A stretch of DNA of 64,000 nucleotides from an uncultured bacterium (lineage in GTDB: Bacteria; Omnitrophota; Omnitrophia; Omnitrophales; Aquincolibacteriaceae): assembly GCA_964606385.1 (NCBI GenBank), contig CAZSFZ010000001.1, positions 136,304 through 200,303 on the forward strand, read 5' to 3'. The notes beneath the pieces are model-generated. The model did not search any database. It was not told the DNA's origin and was given only the letters and a program-made list of their open reading frames with translations. Shown here one piece after another: positions 12,601 through 19,287 of this stretch; position 1 is the stretch's first letter; the number at the start of each line of letters is the position of its first letter. A program made the position numbers and the translations under genes.

Positions 12601-15600
12601 GCCGCCAGCCCGCAATCCACCGCTCACATCCCCCGTTGCATAAGAATTATTAATCGATATACCCTGGTCAACAGCCACCAAACCTCCTCCAATTCTTCCG
12701 GCTGAAACATCACCCGTAGCGTAGCTGTTTTGGAGTACGGTTGTGGAATAAAGATTGCTGATGAGTCCACCGGCATCTCCATTCGAAGTCACGTTCCCAG
12801 TGGCATAAGAGTTTGTAATCGATCCGCCAGAACTTGTTCCTATAAGTCCTCCGACACTATCACCTCCAGAGACGCTAACATTGGCATAAGCACGATCCAC
12901 GAGCCCCGAGCTATTACCTACCAGAGCCCCGGTTGAAGATAAACCTCCACCTCCGGCGCTCACCATACCAGTTACACTACCGCTTGTAAGACCGACATTC
13001 CTGATCTGACCGGATGATGTCCCAAATAATCCAACATCGGTCGCTGATGGTCGATAGATATAAAGGCCCGATATTGTATGGTCGTTTCCCTCAAATGTTC
13101 CGGAGAAACCCGCTATAGGACTAAACCCTCCATAGGTGGTACCGGATACCCAGTTCCAGGTCGCGGTTCCCGAAGCGTCAATGTTGTTGGCAAGCGTGTA
13201 AGAAGCGCCAAGGTCCACGGCTATGAGCTGGAGGTCAACGGCGTTGGTGAGGGTCGTGGTGTGCTCCTGCTGAAGGCGGGGCCTGTCCGCCATGATCCAG
13301 TTCCCGATCGTGCCGTCGCCCACCACACTGAAATCCCATCCGGTAAAGGTCGCGGCCGAAGACATCTCCTGGGTGGTCTTGGGCGTTCCCTTGCCGGTGT
13401 CGCTTTTGCCGCTGGTCTGGGAATTGTAAAAAGAATTCGTGATGGTACCCCCCGTGAGACCGCCCACAAGGCCGCCGACATTCGTGTTCGTATCGTAAAC
13501 ATGTCCTGTTGAATAAGAATTCGTGATGGAACCGGCCGTATTTTCGCCCACAAGACCGCCGATATAATCCCCAGTAACGGGCCATCCCATGTCTCCCATA
13601 ACCTCCCCGGTGTTATAGGAATTCAAAATAGTCCCGGAATTACTCCCCACCAGACCACCAGTGCGGCCCTTGTTGGCATAAGCACCGTAACTGGAAGCAT
13701 TGTAGGAATTCTCTATCGCCCCTGAGTTATCACCGACCAAGCCTCCGGCTCCCACCTGACCGAGCACATTTTCTGCCCAAACCCAGCTTGAACCGGTCAT
13801 GGAGGATTTTTGAATGGTGCCTGAATTCACACCCACAAGGCCGCCCACTTTTTGGGTCCCAAGGATCTCACTATCCGCTGTCCCGGTTGCCAGCTTAACG
13901 CGGTTCATGGTTCCGCCCTCTTGAGTCCCAACGAAAGCGCCCACATTCGAACCGCCGGTCACACCCGCTGAGGAGAGCACAACATCCTGAATCGAGGCGT
14001 TATTGGTGTACCCGAAAAGGCCGACATTGTCCTCTCCGCCGCGGCTGATTTTTAAATTAGAAATAGTTTTTGAATTACCATCGAAATTCCCGGCGAATTT
14101 TGTAGTCGCATCGCCGATCGGATCAAATCCCGCCCCGGCATTCCAACCCGAGGTGCTTGTCGCGGCAATATCATTGGCCAACTCGAAGTAAGTCCCCGCC
14201 GCCAGATATCCCCCCATGGCCTGGAGGCCATAGACATCGGAGATCATGTACGGATCCCCGGAAGCGCCAGTGCCCGTAAAGCGACTCAGCTTAGCGTCGC
14301 TATTGATCCGAAAGTCCGTGATCGAGGACCAGGCGGAAGTCGCGAGAGCGGCCGTGTAGACCGGCGTCACGCTTCTCGTTCCGGCCAGGGTCAGGATTTT
14401 CACCCCGGTCACGTCTCCAATCGTAGAATCTTTGGAGGCTTTGAGCGTCAGATCGTGATTATTGCCGGCCACGGCATAATCCCCGCTCCAGAAAATTCCC
14501 CCGAGATCATTGATGCCGTCGGAATCCGCCCAAATGGTTGTATCGCCGCTCAAGCTAAAATTTCCAAGCACATTAATGTCATCCACATCTTCGTAGCTCC
14601 CGGAAATGATCGCCCCTTCTTCGATGTCCGCGGCGTGGTCAAGGTTCTCCATCACGGCACGTCCAACTTCCATCCGGCCTCCAACTTTGAATGTCGCTCC
14701 CTGTTCAGTAAGCGTTTGAGCTTTTAAAACGCCTTGCGTCTTAATGGCGCCGGCAGCGGTCAGATCCATCTCCCCGCCGGTCGCATCCATCGTTCCTTCG
14801 TTCACAATCTCGACCTTCTTGGAAGTCACTTCAATCTTGCCGTTCAGAGCCTCCAGGAGCATTTTGTTATAGGCGGCCTGCTCGGCGGTCAGTTTGATGT
14901 TGCCGCCTTGCGCCTTCATCGCGCCAAGGTTCGTGACGCGCCCCTCCTGGGAAGTGACACGGATCTCGCCTTTCGGAGCCTCGATAGCTCCCGCGTTCGT
15001 GACATCCTGACGGGCCGTGAGCGCAGCCGCTCCTTCTGTCGCGCGGATCGTGCCCTCATTCACCACTTCGCCTTCCGTCGACTCGACTTCCACTTTCCCG
15101 TGGAGAGCCTCCATCAGCATTTTGTTGTAGGCGGACTGCTTGGAGGTGAGATGAAGCACACCTTCGTCCGCTTTCATCGTCCCCTTGTTCGTGATGGCGC
15201 CTTCCGTCGAAACCACGCGAACCTCACCGCCTAAAGAGCTCATGATGGCTTCATTCACGATATCCCGTTTCGCGGTCACCTCCACCTTGCCCTTGTCCGC
15301 CATCATCGTTCCCTGATTGGTCACGTTGCCCGAGACCGACTCAACCTTGATCGAACCTTCCTGGGCTTTTATCAGAGCCTCATTCATGATGTCGTCCAGG
15401 ACACGCGCTTCGATCTTTCCCTGCTCGGCATCGATCATCCCCGTGTTCGTGAGACCTCCCTGCGCCGCCTCGATCTTGACCTCCCCGCCGCGCGCCTGCA
15501 CCAGGGCCTCGTTATAGATATCATCCAGGGACTGGAACTCGATCACACCGTTATCCGCCATGACAGCGCTGACGGCATTCCCATGCTTCTCAAGGCTGAT

Positions 15601-16452
15601 GGCTTTCTCAAAAAGCCCGTCCATGGCTTGAGCGTTCAAAATCACCTTGCCACCGTCAGCCGAGATCGTCCCCGTGTTCTTGATCTGGGATTCAAGACCC
15701 AGTTTATTGGCCGTCGCTTCATCAACCCCGATCGAAACGAGCCCGTCCCCGGAAATACCCACCGTTACCGTATTGCCCGCAGCGAGAGCGACCGTGCCCA
15801 TTGGCACTTCGATCGTCCCCTTGTTCTCAATGGCATTAGCGATGAGCGCTACCAGGTCCGCATTGTTGCCCACGATCTTGCCGTCATTGGTGAGAAAGCC
15901 GCCTCCCCCTGAAAAGGAATACTGCCGTGCGAAAAAGTCCGTCGCGCTGGTGTTAAGAGCCAGGGTGGAAGCAAGGAGTGAGGCATTGTTCAGGTTGATC
16001 ATGGCGCTTGAGCCGATATTAATCCCGGCGATATTCTGGAGGATAAAGGCAAGGTTTGAGAGGTTCATCGTGCCGAAAATGTTCGAGGCCTGGCCGCCGT
16101 TCACGAGAAGCGCCAAGCTCGCGTTCTGGCTGAGGCCTGAGATGTTATAAATATTATTCTGCGGCACGTTGAACTCGGGGACGTTCCACACGGGGTTCCC
16201 CGTGACGTTCCAGTTCGTGGTGTTCTCCTGCGTGTTGACTTCTACACTGCCGCCTTCCAGGTTGATCGTCTCGGCCATCACCGGACTCACGCACATCGAC
16301 CACGCAAACACAAAAGCTGTAAACGCCGCCGTCGCTTTCCGCCAACCCATCCGACCCCGGAGGTCGGATTGGGGCAACTCTGTGGCTAGGCCGGTGGCAC
16401 CAGATTGACTTGGCACAGCCCTGTTCTGGGTTGTATATATTTTCTTTTTCAT
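661..16452 (-). CDS. giant TpsA/filamentous-haemagglutinin-like exoprotein (about 5263 aa): TPS domain, FHA beta-helix, GLUG-motif modules, PATR-like beta-helix, about 19 MBG-like repeats, Pro-rich stalk, C-terminal FecR-like domain
   Basis: This is one uninterrupted ORF.
- Start: the preferred start is ATG 16450-16452 (MKKKIY...) rather than the ORF-track start 16494.
- N-terminus: there is an ESPR-like N-terminus followed by a hydrophobic signal segment (AAFTAFVFAWSMCVSPVMA).
- TPS domain: residues about 60-330 align to the haemagglutination-activity/TPS domain (WNVPEFNV...SLALLVNGGQASNIFGTMNLSN.AFILQN.AGINIG...LLASTLALN..DFFA versus the FhaB INWQSFNI...ALNRVTGG.PS.ILG.L.ANGQVFLVNPNGILFG...LVASTLDI).
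- Repeat families: there are many GGLVG/GGLIG GLUG motifs, a GGTFNG 10-12-aa periodic beta-helix, and KVYDQTT...TLSGITASNK 83-aa repeats.
- Pro-rich stalk: PPTVVDPPPIVIPPQPPVITPPP.
- C-terminus: the last about 100 aa (ILPGDEVKTADRNSVEVLMDDGKTGRVEIKEGSLFRIQ...SRFEVRTPTALTGVRGTTFEVTV) match the FecR-domain pattern. Confidence 0.85.
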   Translation of the reverse strand: MKKKIYTTQNRAVPSQSGATGLATELPQSDLRGRMGWRKATAAFTAFVFAWSMCVSPVMAETINLEGGSVEVNTQENTTNWNVTGNPVWNVPEFNVPQNNIYNISGLSQNASLALLVNGGQASNIFGTMNLSNLAFILQNIAGINIGSSAMINLNNASLLASTLALNTSATDFFARQYSFSGGGGFLTNDGKIVGNNADLVALIANAIENKGTIEVPMGTVALAAGNTVTVGISGDGLVSIGVDEATANKLGLESQIKNTGTISADGGKVILNAQAMDGLFEKAISLEKHGNAVSAVMADNGVIEFQSLDDIYNEALVQARGGEVKIEAAQGGLTNTGMIDAEQGKIEARVLDDIMNEALIKAQEGSIKVESVSGNVTNQGTMMADKGKVEVTAKRDIVNEAIMSSLGGEVRVVSTEGAITNKGTMKADEGVLHLTSKQSAYNKMLMEALHGKVEVESTEGEVVNEGTIRATEGAAALTARQDVTNAGAIEAPKGEIRVTSQEGRVTNLGAMKAQGGNIKLTAEQAAYNKMLLEALNGKIEVTSKKVEIVNEGTMDATGGEMDLTAAGAIKTQGVLKAQTLTEQGATFKVGGRMEVGRAVMENLDHAADIEEGAIISGSYEDVDDINVLGNFSLSGDTTIWADSDGINDLGGIFWSGDYAVAGNNHDLTLKASKDSTIGDVTGVKILTLAGTRSVTPVYTAALATSAWSSITDFRINSDAKLSRFTGTGASGDPYMISDVYGLQAMGGYLAAGTYFELANDIAATSTSGWNAGAGFDPIGDATTKFAGNFDGNSKTISNLKISRGGEDNVGLFGYTNNASIQDVVLSSAGVTGGSNVGAFVGTQEGGTMNRVKLATGTADSEILGTQKVGGLVGVNSGTIQKSSMTGSSWVWAENVLGQVGAGGLVGDNSGAIENSYNASSYGAYANKGRTGGLVGSNSGTILNSYNTGEVMGDMGWPVTGDYIGGLVGENTAGSITNSYSTGHVYDTNTNVGGLVGGLTGGTITNSFYNSQTSGKSDTGKGTPKTTQEMSSAATFTGWDFSVVGDGTIGNWIMADRPRLQQEHTTTLTNAVDLQLIAVDLGASYTLANNIDASGTATWNWVSGTTYGGFSPIAGFSGTFEGNDHTISGLYIYRPSATDVGLFGTSSGQIRNVGLTSGSVTGMVSAGGGGLSSTGALVGNSSGLVDRAYANVSVSGGDSVGGLIGTSSGGSITNSYATGNVTSNGDAGGLISNLYSTTVLQNSYATGDVSAGRIGGGLVAVDQGISINNSYATGDVSGGLRAGGLVGWLLFDASLTNTYASGSVTGGSDIGGLVGLQQAGTANITHSFSKGLVSGGTGNMGGLIGRVADAVVLTQSFYDSETSGQSDTGKGVPKTTTEMMTQATFTGWDFNIDGTGAGSGAWVMAGYPHLQHEWTPTISNASQLQMMALDLDAAYTLAGDIDASGTSGWNAGAGFSPVGYDTSHPFTGSFEGNNHTINGLFMNRGDYTGLFGVWGTGGFEGQGGTLQNVGLTGANISGTSYVGALVGEVLTGVLTNVYSTGSVFGTGSVGGLIGRFGSGAADSTLSNSHSDANVNSTGGSVGGLIGQSWEDVTTSYATGDVSGTIGVGGLIGGRHMGTLSHSYATGDVTASSIMAGGLVGSNVGGFSNSFATGNITGTDRVGGLVGNQNGGDVSDVYAIGSVTGTDKVGGLIGVLAGGSLSQAYSTGSVTADTNKGGLVGYDEYGPVYTSNFWNTTTSGMADGVGNQDPEPAGVTGKTTAEMMQSATFSGWDFTVDGVAAGSGDWIMAGMPHLQIEWSTDIKTLAQLQMMALNLDASYTLANDIDASETSNWNSSAGFSSVGTFTGVLDGGYHEISNLKATQGLFSVLSGGGTIVRNLGLLNVTGTGGSVALTARDSVSITNVYATGTITGGVAGGLVGWLGSAFIDNSYSAVNVTGSGSTGGIAGSLSGASVGQPLPEIRNSYATGSVTNTGSDNWARAGGAVGYTCVGKLINSYATGQVSGGTHAGGLVGYIDFDQMTITNSFWNVETTGQATSAYNHGTGLTIQQMTQQSNFTGWDFDVDGVSAGHNGTWIMAGNPHLQMEWSENITNAAQLQMMALDLDANYTLANNIDASATTTWNWNGSSYLGFDPVGYSTGNWFDPPTNPFTGSLNGAGYGITGLTINRGSENTVGLFGAISGSNISRVGLLGGSVIGADNVGSLVGHAYNSTLSLNYATGTVSGSDQVGGLVGQAGSSSITLSYATGNVTGTGYNTGGLVGDNYQSSIGNSYATGAVSGNAYVGGLVGYNSDSSLTNTFSTGNVSGNSSVGGLIGSYSGGTLTNNYWDTETSGLATSAGEGAGAVEGKTTAQMMQQATFSNWDFRIFQDDRVGIWTMAGLPHLQNEWTDVITNVVQLQMMALDLDANYTLANDIDASGTAGWNGGAGFNPIGEDYGTDFFSGTLDGNNKTITGLTINRPAENYVGLFGAITNSTIQDLGLVNVAVTGSSAVGALAGHNTSSVVSNTYSTGTVTGSSEGSESAAGGLIGKNYGTLTATYSTATVSGNRMVGGLVGEGGSGAYYGRSIIQDSYATGAVTGANNEVGGLSGTLGTAYDGVAEINNSYATGLVISSGYEGGLVGTRYGGTITNSFWNTETSGAAFGVADGIQDGVTGLTTAQMMDPVIYGNAGWDIFTPVWDTYTDALPTLNWQNAAAGTAAYIWSGNSDTDWSTASNWSTGSAPDSNSTVYVFNRANDPLTASSVELQALNILSSGILTLGDTLTVNGALANDGTITGSTVINNGTWSGAGTTNSAVDNFGTVSGGTFNGVYSTDYSDGTITGGTFNGLVNNYGWGTISGGTFHGDVYNDYLISDGTFNGSVTNYTFNAGGGIYGGTFTGGVNNIFTGEISGGTFNCGVTNGGVGSTTAWIFDGTFNGAVFNYEYGTIYGGTFNSSVSNDAGDLSGGIFNGSVTNSALVFDGTFNSVVENAGTIFGGTFTGDLTDWGIVDGGNFGGLQSMTLETGGTWDYDTEVGGSIINKGIIAAGTFTGAVENRLHIAAGTFNGTVINSGAITGGTFALTGDYTQTAGSFSGVTDSMTMANFDLQGGTFQAPDMTVSGAFKVSDGAFTSGSSVITLQGANATYLSTDVNAANTDWMDGTLNIQSDANQALPGDETYGILQLGRNAGTGTTLYTMGSNTSIGTGFTIDLDDAKLVLTVNAMGVNKIYNGTTTATATFTDDHITGYYEAYTINYTASFADKNVGTGKAINVTGISLSGASASYYQLAFSSDATTADITAKAITLSGITASNKVYDQTTAVTVSTTGADFAGMIDGDELTVSSTGVFSDKNVAAGKTVTLTNTLGGADLANYSITDQGTTTADITAKAVTLSGITASNKIYDATTDATVSTVGATFTGMIGGDELTVSSTGVFSDKNVASGKTVTLTNTLGGADLANYTITDQGTTTANITAKAVTLSGITASNKVYDQTTDATVSTAGAVFTGMVDGDDLTVSSTGTFSDKNVAVGKTVTLTNTFDGADLGNYTITDQGTTTADITKAAVTLSGITASNKVYDQTTDATVSTAGAVFSGMYAGDELTVLSTGAFSDKNAADGKTVTLTNTFGGADLANYEITDQGSILANITKAVATLSGITASNKVYDSTTAATVNDTGAIFGGLYSGDELTVSSTGVFSDKNAGDGKTVNLSNILGGVDLGNYTVIDQTTTTADITKAAVTLSGITASNKVYDQTTAATVSTSGALFAGKYDGDVLTVSSTGTFSDKNVANGKTVTLANTFGGTDLGNYNITDQGTTTADITKATVTLSGITASNKVYDQTIAATVSTAGADFAGKYVGDVLTVSSTGTFSDKNVGTGKTVTLANSFGGADLGNYNITDQGTTTADITKATVTLSGITASNKVYDQTTAATVSTVGAAFAGKYAGDVLTVSSTGTFGDKNVANGKTVTLVNTFGGTDLGNYNIADQGTTTANITQKAVTLGGITASSKVYDTTTDVNVSSAGANFSGLIAGDELTVSSAGVFSDKNAGIAKQVDLTNVLGGADLNNYMVIDQQTTTADITKATVTLSGITASNKIYDSTTAATVSTSGAAFAGKYAGDELTVSSAGTFSDKNVGVGKTVTLANTISGADAGNYTVVDQGTTVADITKASVTLSGITASDKFYDGTTDAAISTAGAIFEGKYAGDTLTVSSTGVFDDKNVGTEKIVTLTNILGGSDLENYQIADQATTTADIQARGVAIDLTGSRVYDGTVNLAAEIFTLSNLVGGETLTLTGVGTMADKHVADGKTVTLGTLALGDGMNGGLASNYTLTGGTHTVDIIAAPIMISAENISKTYDGGLAAPTTARVYSGQLFDTDTILGGTFAFTDKNVGYANKTITVSDVTVSDGNGGGNYAITYVDNTTSTINPYVVDLSGSRVYDGTLEVAAGVFSLSALVGTETLTLTGIGRMDDKNVGIHKAVTTGTLALGDGMNGGLAGNYTLEGGTHTVNIGKATAALSGVAALNKVYDATTAAAVSTAGAAFAGKYGNDVLTVSSTGTFSDKNVAAGKTVTLVNTFGGSDLGNYNITDQATTTADITKATVTLSGITASNKVYDQTTVATTNTAGAAFAGKYAGDVLTVSSTGTFGDKNVGTGKTITLVNTFGGADLGNYNITDQGTTTADITKASVTLSGITASNKVYDQTTAATVSTAGAAFAGKYDGDVLTVSSTGVFSDKNVANGKTVTLTNTFGGTDLGNYQITDQGMTTASITARPLTITATGIHKVYDGTTAAAATLSDNRLTGDVLAPSYTTATYADSLVGTSKPVTVSGISLSGVDSYNYAYNAVATTLADITPVPVVIVTPPTVVDPPPIVIPPQPPVITPPPVVIVEPPAITNPPINITPPTPPTPPVTPPTTPVTPPTQPVTPPAQPSVPAAGSTPSSGTVSSQPATTPAAGNTASSGTTGTSAASQENSSSSSTANSSSSSAGRQGDNDSGQASEGEDSREQGAIAKDEAAAENDGVAPSKEEAANIQWRDVPIDVMMKNQDNRKFLTDVRVLEGAVYVIDAVNTMSLLGMGDSMRVLYKKRVSKAIKAPKKVDIQERQKSREEIAEAKDLVVETIPQEAPKEPATPEMKEALTQILEKVKEEPEVEPAPANRVLKSASPVIMHQTKTGERYGTLKNPGRDVFVRSNGGDWKAAADGMIILPGDEVKTADRNSVEVLMDDGKTGRVEIKEGSLFRIQKAETDSVTGAKTTLLDLAMGKILVKVESLKGNSRFEVRTPTALTGVRGTTFEVTVKEKA
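2040..6870 (-). repeat. intragenic tandem array of about 19 units of about 249 bp (83-aa MBG-like repeats) with high nucleotide identity
   Basis: Near-identical DNA blocks recur every about 249 nt (for example ...gtcgtagtcccctgatcggtaatgttgtaattgccgagatcg...). At protein level the repeating unit is ITKA(A/T)VTLSGITASNKVYDQTT..GDxLTVSSTG.FSDKNV..GKTVTL.NT.GG.DLGNY.ITDQGTTTAD. Confidence 0.8.
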
Positions 16453-16633
16453 TTTTTTGCCTCTAATAGAAGAGTACTCTACAAAACAATACAAAACAAT
16501 AGCACCTTAATACTTTTTTATATTATTTTTCTATTTATAGCTATATATAGCGTTTTTCATAGTATTTTATAGTATGTTTAAACACAAAGATGATCATATT
16601 TTGAGCATCATAAAAAATAAGGATTTTTGACGC
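16453..16633 (-). promoter_or_regulatory. AT-rich island carrying the promoter/regulatory region of the giant gene
   Basis: This is about 180 bp of roughly 25% GC in an otherwise roughly 58% GC window, between the GH57 stop (TAG 16634-16636) and the giant-gene start. It contains a tandem 10-mer acaaaacaat x2 (16481-16500), the palindrome ctatatatag (16541-16550) and the palindrome atgatcat. No confident -35/-10 pair could be assigned. Confidence 0.5.
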
Positions 16634-19126
16634 CTAGGAGAGGATTTTTTTCAATTTCTCAGAGGAAAGATCGAGTTCGTCCATGAGCTGGTGCAGGTGA
16701 GGTTCTTGCTCCCGGATCACACTTGGGATGGCCTGCGGGCTCCCCTTCCAGGACCTAAACAGGGCAAAAAGATCGTCCTGCGCTTGCCGCCGATCCAGAA
16801 AAACTTCTATCTTTTTGGCCAGGCGGGAGATGGAAAGAAGTTTCTGAAGGATCTCCGGATCGAGCGTTGAAATGAATTCCCGAAGCCCCTTACACAGTTC
16901 CTCACTCAAATAATGCGAAATAGGCTCCTTGTGGATATGAACATCCAGCGCCTTCGCGGAGTCCATGATGCGGTAAATGGAAAGCGTCCGTTTGGCGGGG
17001 AACCCGCGCTGACCCCAATCCTTCACCGCCTCGAGCATCCGTTTGCTCAGCGTGTGTTCGGCCGCGTAGCGGAACTCGACCGGGATCGGCACGTTGATCG
17101 ACCGGTAGATCTCGTTCATGCGCAGGTTCTCTTCGTAGATATTCTCATAGAAATTACTGACCTTCGTGATCGTCTCGTGCGTCAGGATGCTGATGATCTT
17201 CGCGCGGTCCCCCAGCCGCAGGTCCTTCAGCGCGTAGTAGGTCTCGCCGAAGTGAGAGTCAATCCTCTTGGAAAGGTCCAGGATCGGAAGCTGATAAAGC
17301 GCCTCAAAAAGCTCCCTTTCCAGCTTGTCGAACTCCTCCTCCCCGCCGTAGGGCTTCACCGAGCAGCGGAAATCGTAAAATCCGATCTGGATCACCACGA
17401 AAAGAAGGTCCTGCTCCTCCAACGTGGTCTGCGAAACGACCCTTACCCGGCCGAAATTCATGGTCACCGTACCGAAGAATTCCTTGCGCTGGTGCAGGAC
17501 ATGCAGGTCAAAATTGAAGATCTTCACCAGGTCCGTCTTGGGATCCGGGGCATAAAAATTATCAAAAATGGAGCCGATCGCGTAATAACTCACCACGTGA
17601 TGGAGCGACGCGATCGCGGGCTTCACGTACTTTTCATAGACGCCCTGCCCGTCCTTCACGGATTCGATATTACTTTTGGCAAGCGCGAGATGCTCCAGAA
17701 AATCCCGTTCAAGATTCACGCCGCTCACCTCGCGTCCGAGGTGGATCGCCCGGGCCGCATACTGAAGGATCTGAACGGTCTCGAGACCCGAGATCTCGGA
17801 AAAGAACCAGCCGCAGCTCGTATACATCAGCATGAGGTGGCGCTGCATCTCAAGGAGCTTGAGGCATGTCGTGGTCTCTTCTTTCGAAAGGGGATGCAGG
17901 GTCTGCCGTTCAAAGAACCCTTTGATGACCTCCGGAGTCCGTTTCAGAACCACATGAATATAATCATCGCGCGCGGCCCAGACATCCCGAAAGTACTTGC
18001 AGCCCTCTTTTTCATAGACCTGAGACAGCTCATCCCGGAGCCAGTCGAGGGCCCAGCGAAGCGGTTTGCGCCAATGCTGGGTCCAGTTAGCCGGCCCATC
18101 CCCGCGGCAGCCGCAATGGTCTTTCCAGCGCGAGACCCCATGCGCGCAGCTCCAGGAAGTTCCCTCGTTATTCTCGCCCTCGATCAGGCGCACTTCCTGG
18201 CGCGGCGGATTCTCTTCGAGATATTCCGCGTAATTAACAAGCCGGTAGCCATGCCGCGGGATCTCCATGTAAGTCAGATACGCGAGCACCCGGTCCCCGT
18301 AGGCCTTGTGATGGCCGTAAGTTTCTCCGTCGGTGGCGATATGGATCAGCTGGGACCGTTCATGGTCCACCACTGCGCCCTTGAGCCGTTCCATGAAAAG
18401 TTTTGCGTCAAATAGCAGGTTGTCGAACCCGACCGCCTTGGAGATCGGCCCGTCATAGAAAAAGATATCGATCGAAAGCGAGGGATTGTTCTTGAGAAAA
18501 TAACGGTAAGGCTCCTTCGGATCAATGCGCCCTCCGGTCACATCCTGCCAGGCCCCGCCCTCGAGCGGCCGGACGGCCCGGGCTTGATGCGGCGAGAGAA
18601 TGATATATTTGACCCGTTCCGCGACCAGGACCTCGAGCGTTTCTTCATTACACGCGGTCTCGGGAAGCCAAACGCTTTCCGGATAACGTCCGAACCGGGA
18701 CCGGAAATCCTCGATCCCCCAGCGCACCTGCGTCTTCTTGTCCCGCAGGTTCGCGAGCGGCATGATCATATGATTGTAGACCTGCGCGATGGCGTTGCCG
18801 TGGCCGCGCCGGGCTTCGCAGCTCGCGCGATCCGCTTGAAGAAGGCTTTTGTAGGTATCGGGATGCTTGGCTTCGAGCCAGGAAAGAAGCGTGGGGCCGA
18901 AATTGAAGCTGGTGCGCTCGAAATTATTGACGATCTCGACGATCTTGCCCCTGGCGTCAAGCGCGCGGGCCCGGGAATTGGGATGATAGCACTCGTAATG
19001 GATGCGCTCGTTCCAGTCGTGGAAGGGCGCGGCGCTGTCCTGCTGTTCGATCTCCTCGATCCAGGGATTCTCGCGGGGAGGCTGGTAAAAATGCCCGTGC
19101 AAACAGATGCAAACTTCTTTAGCCAT
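16634..19126 (-). CDS. glycoside hydrolase family 57 protein (alpha-glucan processing)
   Basis: The N-terminal CICLHGHFYQPPREN motif and an about 830-aa length are typical of GH57 proteins. The preferred start is ATG 19124-19126 (MAKEV, with an AAGAGGG Shine-Dalgarno sequence 8-10 nt upstream) rather than 19156. Confidence 0.6.
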   Translation of the reverse strand: MAKEVCICLHGHFYQPPRENPWIEEIEQQDSAAPFHDWNERIHYECYHPNSRARALDARGKIVEIVNNFERTSFNFGPTLLSWLEAKHPDTYKSLLQADRASCEARRGHGNAIAQVYNHMIMPLANLRDKKTQVRWGIEDFRSRFGRYPESVWLPETACNEETLEVLVAERVKYIILSPHQARAVRPLEGGAWQDVTGGRIDPKEPYRYFLKNNPSLSIDIFFYDGPISKAVGFDNLLFDAKLFMERLKGAVVDHERSQLIHIATDGETYGHHKAYGDRVLAYLTYMEIPRHGYRLVNYAEYLEENPPRQEVRLIEGENNEGTSWSCAHGVSRWKDHCGCRGDGPANWTQHWRKPLRWALDWLRDELSQVYEKEGCKYFRDVWAARDDYIHVVLKRTPEVIKGFFERQTLHPLSKEETTTCLKLLEMQRHLMLMYTSCGWFFSEISGLETVQILQYAARAIHLGREVSGVNLERDFLEHLALAKSNIESVKDGQGVYEKYVKPAIASLHHVVSYYAIGSIFDNFYAPDPKTDLVKIFNFDLHVLHQRKEFFGTVTMNFGRVRVVSQTTLEEQDLLFVVIQIGFYDFRCSVKPYGGEEEFDKLERELFEALYQLPILDLSKRIDSHFGETYYALKDLRLGDRAKIISILTHETITKVSNFYENIYEENLRMNEIYRSINVPIPVEFRYAAEHTLSKRMLEAVKDWGQRGFPAKRTLSIYRIMDSAKALDVHIHKEPISHYLSEELCKGLREFISTLDPEILQKLLSISRLAKKIEVFLDRRQAQDDLFALFRSWKGSPQAIPSVIREQEPHLHQLMDELDLSSEKLKKILS

Positions 19127-19287
19127 AATCGGTAAACCCTCTTTTGATTCACTCAAAGAGGCAACTTTTGGGGAAAATTATAGCACGGCAGGAAACCGGG
19201 CGGGATGGTTTTTCTTTTAAAGCTCCAAAAACCAATCTCCAAATTCCAAACAAACCCGTTTGACTTTTGGATCTTCCCAGCAGAGGT

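Noticed and set aside
16913-18415. 500-aa plus-strand ORF antisense to the GH57 gene
   Set aside because: It is fully nested antisense to a well-supported CDS, has Arg/Leu-rich GC-frame composition and no recognisable domain.
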